Positions 62,008 to 64,000 of a DNA stretch of 64,000 nt are shown piece after piece; position 1 is the first letter of the stretch; every line of letters starts with the position of its first letter. A program made the translations under genes and the position numbers. The stretch is from assembly GCA_029246415.1 (NCBI GenBank), contig JAQWNF010000039.1, positions 13,006-77,005 on the forward strand, written 5' to 3'. Below the pieces are notes generated by a model, which saw only the letters and a list, made by a program, of their open reading frames with translations, was not told where the DNA came from and did no database searches. The DNA is from Glaciecola sp. GTDB lineage: Bacteria > Pseudomonadota > Gammaproteobacteria > Enterobacterales > Alteromonadaceae.

Positions 62008-63369
62008 ATGGCTGATACCATTGCTGCAAAATTCACAGAAAGTCAATTGACTGAAATTACCGATGCATTGTCATCAGGTAAGTTTGTTTCTGTGCGTAAA
62101 ATTTTGCATGAAACACCTGCTTGTGATGTCGCATTAATCCTTGAATCTACCCCGCCGAAAACCCGGGATATCCTATGGCAATTGCTCGACGCTGATTATC
62201 ACGGCGATGTATTAGAAGAACTTTCCGAAGAAGTGCGTAACGGGATCATCAGTAAGATGATGCCTGATACTGTGGTTGAAGCACTAGAGGATATGGATAC
62301 CGATGACTTGGTGGAAACACTGAGCAGCTTACCGGATGAGGTATTACAAGATATTTTGGTGTCGATGGACGTTCAAGATCGCTATCGTGCTGAAAAAGCC
62401 TTGAGCTATGGTGAAGAAACCGCTGGTTTCATCATGAACACGGATACCATTACCTTGCGCCCTGATGTCGCGGTTGATGTGATCTTGCGCTATCTGCGCC
62501 TCAAAGGTGAGTTACCTGAAAACACCGATACGTTTTATGTGGTTAATCGCAGTGATTACTTAATCGGGTCCGTGCCAGTCACGCGTCTGTTAACTTCTCA
62601 CCCCGACGTTACAGTCGCGGAGGTGATGGACGAAGAGCCTGATGCAATTACAGTAGATATGCCAGATGATCAAGTAGCCAGCTTATTTGAGCGTTATAAT
62701 TGGTTATCCGCACCAGTAGTGGATGAAGACTACCATCTGGTAGGCCGTATAACGATTGATGACGTGGTTGATATCATTCGCGAAGATGCTGAACATTCGA
62801 TGATGAGTATGGCGGGTCTTGATGATGAAGAAGATACCTTTGCTCCGGTACTACAATCTACTCGACGTCGTTCGATATGGTTAGGGGTTAACTTAGTCAC
62901 GGCTTTATTAGCTGCGATGGTGTCAGATATGTTTGAGCAAACCTTATCGCAATTAGCAGTGTTAGCGATCCTCAATACGATCGTACCTAGTATGGGAGGG
63001 GTTGCCGGGAATCAGACCTTAACTTTAGTGATCCGTGCAATGGCTTTGGGACATGTTAACGATTCCAACTCCAAAATCATCATTCAAAAAGAATTAGCGA
63101 TTGGTTTTCTCAATGGGATCATTTGGGCAGTATTGATTGCGAGTGTCGTCGCCTTGTGGAAACAAGATTTTGACTTAGGCTTGATTATCGCTTTTGCGAT
63201 GCTGATGAATATGATTGCAGCTGGGCTTGCTGGTGCAACGTTACCTCTGATCATGAAAAAAATGAAAATCGACCCCGCGCTTGCCGGTAGTGTTATATTA
63301 ACCACTATTACCGATGTCGTCGGGATCTTTGCATTCTTAGGCACCGCAACCTTGTTTTTAACTCTTTAA
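62008..63369 (+). CDS. mgtE: Magnesium transporter MgtE
   Basis: 453 aa. MgtE_N acidic domain, CBS pair, 5-TM C-terminal domain with ITDVVG. Confidence 0.93.
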   Translation: MADTIAAKFTESQLTEITDALSSGKFVSVRKILHETPACDVALILESTPPKTRDILWQLLDADYHGDVLEELSEEVRNGIISKMMPDTVVEALEDMDTDDLVETLSSLPDEVLQDILVSMDVQDRYRAEKALSYGEETAGFIMNTDTITLRPDVAVDVILRYLRLKGELPENTDTFYVVNRSDYLIGSVPVTRLLTSHPDVTVAEVMDEEPDAITVDMPDDQVASLFERYNWLSAPVVDEDYHLVGRITIDDVVDIIREDAEHSMMSMAGLDDEEDTFAPVLQSTRRRSIWLGVNLVTALLAAMVSDMFEQTLSQLAVLAILNTIVPSMGGVAGNQTLTLVIRAMALGHVNDSNSKIIIQKELAIGFLNGIIWAVLIASVVALWKQDFDLGLIIAFAMLMNMIAAGLAGATLPLIMKKMKIDPALAGSVILTTITDVVGIFAFLGTATLFLTL

Positions 63370-63897
63370 AAGCGCTGCGAAGGTTTTCTTAAACTTGACT
63401 AATTTGGGGCCAACCACAAGATTACAGTAAGTATTGCTAGGGTTATTAGCAAAGTAATCTTGATGGTAATCCTCGGCTTGTGTGTAATTATCCAGGGCTT
63501 CGATCTCTGTTACAACAGGTGCATCATAGGTCTTATCTTCTATCAACTGTGCAACGAATGCTTGTGCGGCAGCTTGTTGCTCTGCGTTGTGATAATAAAT
63601 TCCACCGCGATATTGCGTGCCTTTATCATTACCTTGGCGATTAAGTTGGGTTGGATCGTGTAGTGCAAAAAAAATTTCAAATATTTCTTGAAGACTAATT
63701 ACATCGCTATCAAATACCACTCTGACGACTTCATTATGGCCTGTGGTTCCACTACATACTTGTTCATATGTAGGATTAGCAGTATGCCCATTGCTATATC
63801 CGCAGTAAGCACTTACTATTCCTGAAACCTTATTAAATGCTGATTCTATACACCAAAAACAGCCGCCGCCGAGGGTGATTTCTTGAATTGTCGCCAT
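63358..63897 (-). CDS. msrA: Peptide-methionine (S)-S-oxide reductase
   Basis: 179 aa. Active-site GGGCFWCIES, HNEVVRVVFD, QGNDKGTQYR. Confidence 0.93.
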   Translation of the reverse strand: MATIQEITLGGGCFWCIESAFNKVSGIVSAYCGYSNGHTANPTYEQVCSGTTGHNEVVRVVFDSDVISLQEIFEIFFALHDPTQLNRQGNDKGTQYRGGIYYHNAEQQAAAQAFVAQLIEDKTYDAPVVTEIEALDNYTQAEDYHQDYFANNPSNTYCNLVVGPKLVKFKKTFAALLKS

Positions 63898-64000
63898 AAA
63901 TTTCTCCGTATTGTTATCACAACATTATGGGGGCTATGTACAAAACATCAATACATACTCATCCAAATAGACAGAGTCTACGTAATCATCCACATACAAA

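Overview
This 64-kb window is a dense, mostly core chromosomal segment of an AT-rich marine gammaproteobacterium. Gene content and order suggest an Alteromonadales/Vibrionales-like organism, but the taxon is inference only. I call about 61 protein-coding genes, one decayed gene remnant, about a dozen rho-independent terminators and a few candidate operator sites. I recognised no rRNA, tRNA, CRISPR array, IS element, integrase, phage gene or known defence gene.

Recognisable blocks, in order:
- The 3' part of actP, followed by a membrane protein, a cNMP/CBS DUF294-type nucleotidyltransferase and a DEDDh exonuclease.
- A TonB-dependent receptor followed by a TPR-sulfotransferase.
- A BCCT transporter plus a MarR regulator.
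- A tight udk-nupC-2OG oxygenase operon, divergent from a large Oar-like TonB-dependent receptor.
- An orphan pseudo-receiver/wHTH regulator, then argR, mdh, ppc, fklB and fabV.
- The complete Na+-NQR locus nqrABCDEF, plus apbE-nqrM.
- A small porin, dinB, an aldo/keto reductase and pckA.
- A variable stretch: SGNH-hydrolase remnant, PLP dehydratase, PH-domain protein, DPP-IV, NAD-binding protein, YgjV, orphan ExbD, an HExxH protein coupled to fldA, a PhoD-like phosphoesterase and a propeller-like lipoprotein.
- The conserved envelope/sigma-54 supercluster murA-ibaG-mlaBCDEF, divergent from yrbG-kdsD-kdsC-lptC-lptA-lptB-rpoN-hpf-ptsN-rapZ-ptsO, then mgtE and msrA.

I do not see one clear-cut novel multi-gene system. 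The best candidates for uncharacterised biology are:
1. The udk-nupC-2OG-Fe(II) oxygenase operon, a possible nucleoside-modifying salvage route.
2. The translationally coupled sensor-nucleotidyltransferase/exonuclease pair downstream of actP.
3. The TonB receptor plus cytoplasmic TPR-sulfotransferase pair.
4. The flavodoxin gene translationally coupled to a stand-alone HExxH protein.
5. Canonical-looking Pho boxes in front of the Oar-like TonB receptor and the small porin.

All family assignments come from reading motifs in the translations. No database search was run.
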